In this document: piece after piece, positions 63,606 to 64,000 of the stretch
Layout of the letters: the number at the start of each line of letters is the position of its first letter
Numbering within the stretch: position 1 is the first letter of the stretch
Assembly (NCBI GenBank): GCA_023920165.1
Contig: CP089275.1
Location: 1,488,001-1,552,000 of the forward strand
Source of the DNA: Curvularia clavata
Taxonomy: Eukaryota
Reading direction: 5' to 3'
Length of the DNA stretch: 64,000 nucleotides
Translations under genes and position numbers: made by a program
Notes under the pieces: model-generated
The model's input: only the letters and a program-made list of their open reading frames with translations
Database searches by the model: none
Told to the model about the DNA's origin: nothing

Positions 63606-64000
63606 CTTCGACCAGAGAAAGCATCAAGAAACTAGAAGAAAGAGGAGCGAACATGGTTGCATATGTCGGATGCGGAGGTAAGAGGGATAGGTTTAGTGCG
63701 TGTTGCTTTTCGGAATTAGGCCGCGCTCCACTTCGGGTGACGATTGTGCCCTGAAGATCAAGGCCATGACTAAGTTTTGAGTCCTTAGCATTACCTGTAC
63801 ATCTGCAAGACACATCAGACTTTTACTTGCATCCAGACTCTACCTACATGCCAGCGTAGCCTAATGCTCAGTGCTTGAATTTTGAATCACATAACTTGGC
63901 ATTTTAGGAACTCGATTTTGTTGCTTTGTAACTATAACATTTGGATCGCATTTGTCACCCATAACCCACACAGTCTCGTACATGCGGGGTAGCTTCGGGT

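Noticed and set aside
1..64000. Transposons, LTRs, CRISPR arrays, rRNA
   Set aside because: No transposase or reverse-transcriptase ORF, paired terminal repeats, repeat-spacer array or rRNA-like sequence was recognised.

Overview
Gene-dense (about 28 genes), intron-containing genomic DNA of a filamentous ascomycete; a Pleosporales-like dothideomycete is inferred from gene style only. Housekeeping genes include SUB1/PC4, tRNA-Phe, a CDF zinc transporter, an omega-class GST, WBP1, the complex I 9.5 kDa subunit, ArgRS, NAD(P) transhydrogenase, CTI6 and an acyl-CoA synthetase. Two secreted proteins and a divergent velvet-fold protein are also present. The most notable part is 52-58.5 kb, a compact tryptophan-catabolic unit: a Zn2Cys6 regulator plus divergently transcribed IDO and kynureninase sharing a CGG-rich promoter. 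A CGTCGGA motif is shared with the regulator's own promoter, the kynureninase ends in a PTS1-like ARL, and the regulator has two abutting introns (a zero-nucleotide exon). Next to this unit is a 3-exon, 84-aa, 12-Cys secreted peptide gene absent from the ORF track. All exon models were derived by hand from splice signals, no database searches were run, and no intact transposon or CRISPR array was seen.
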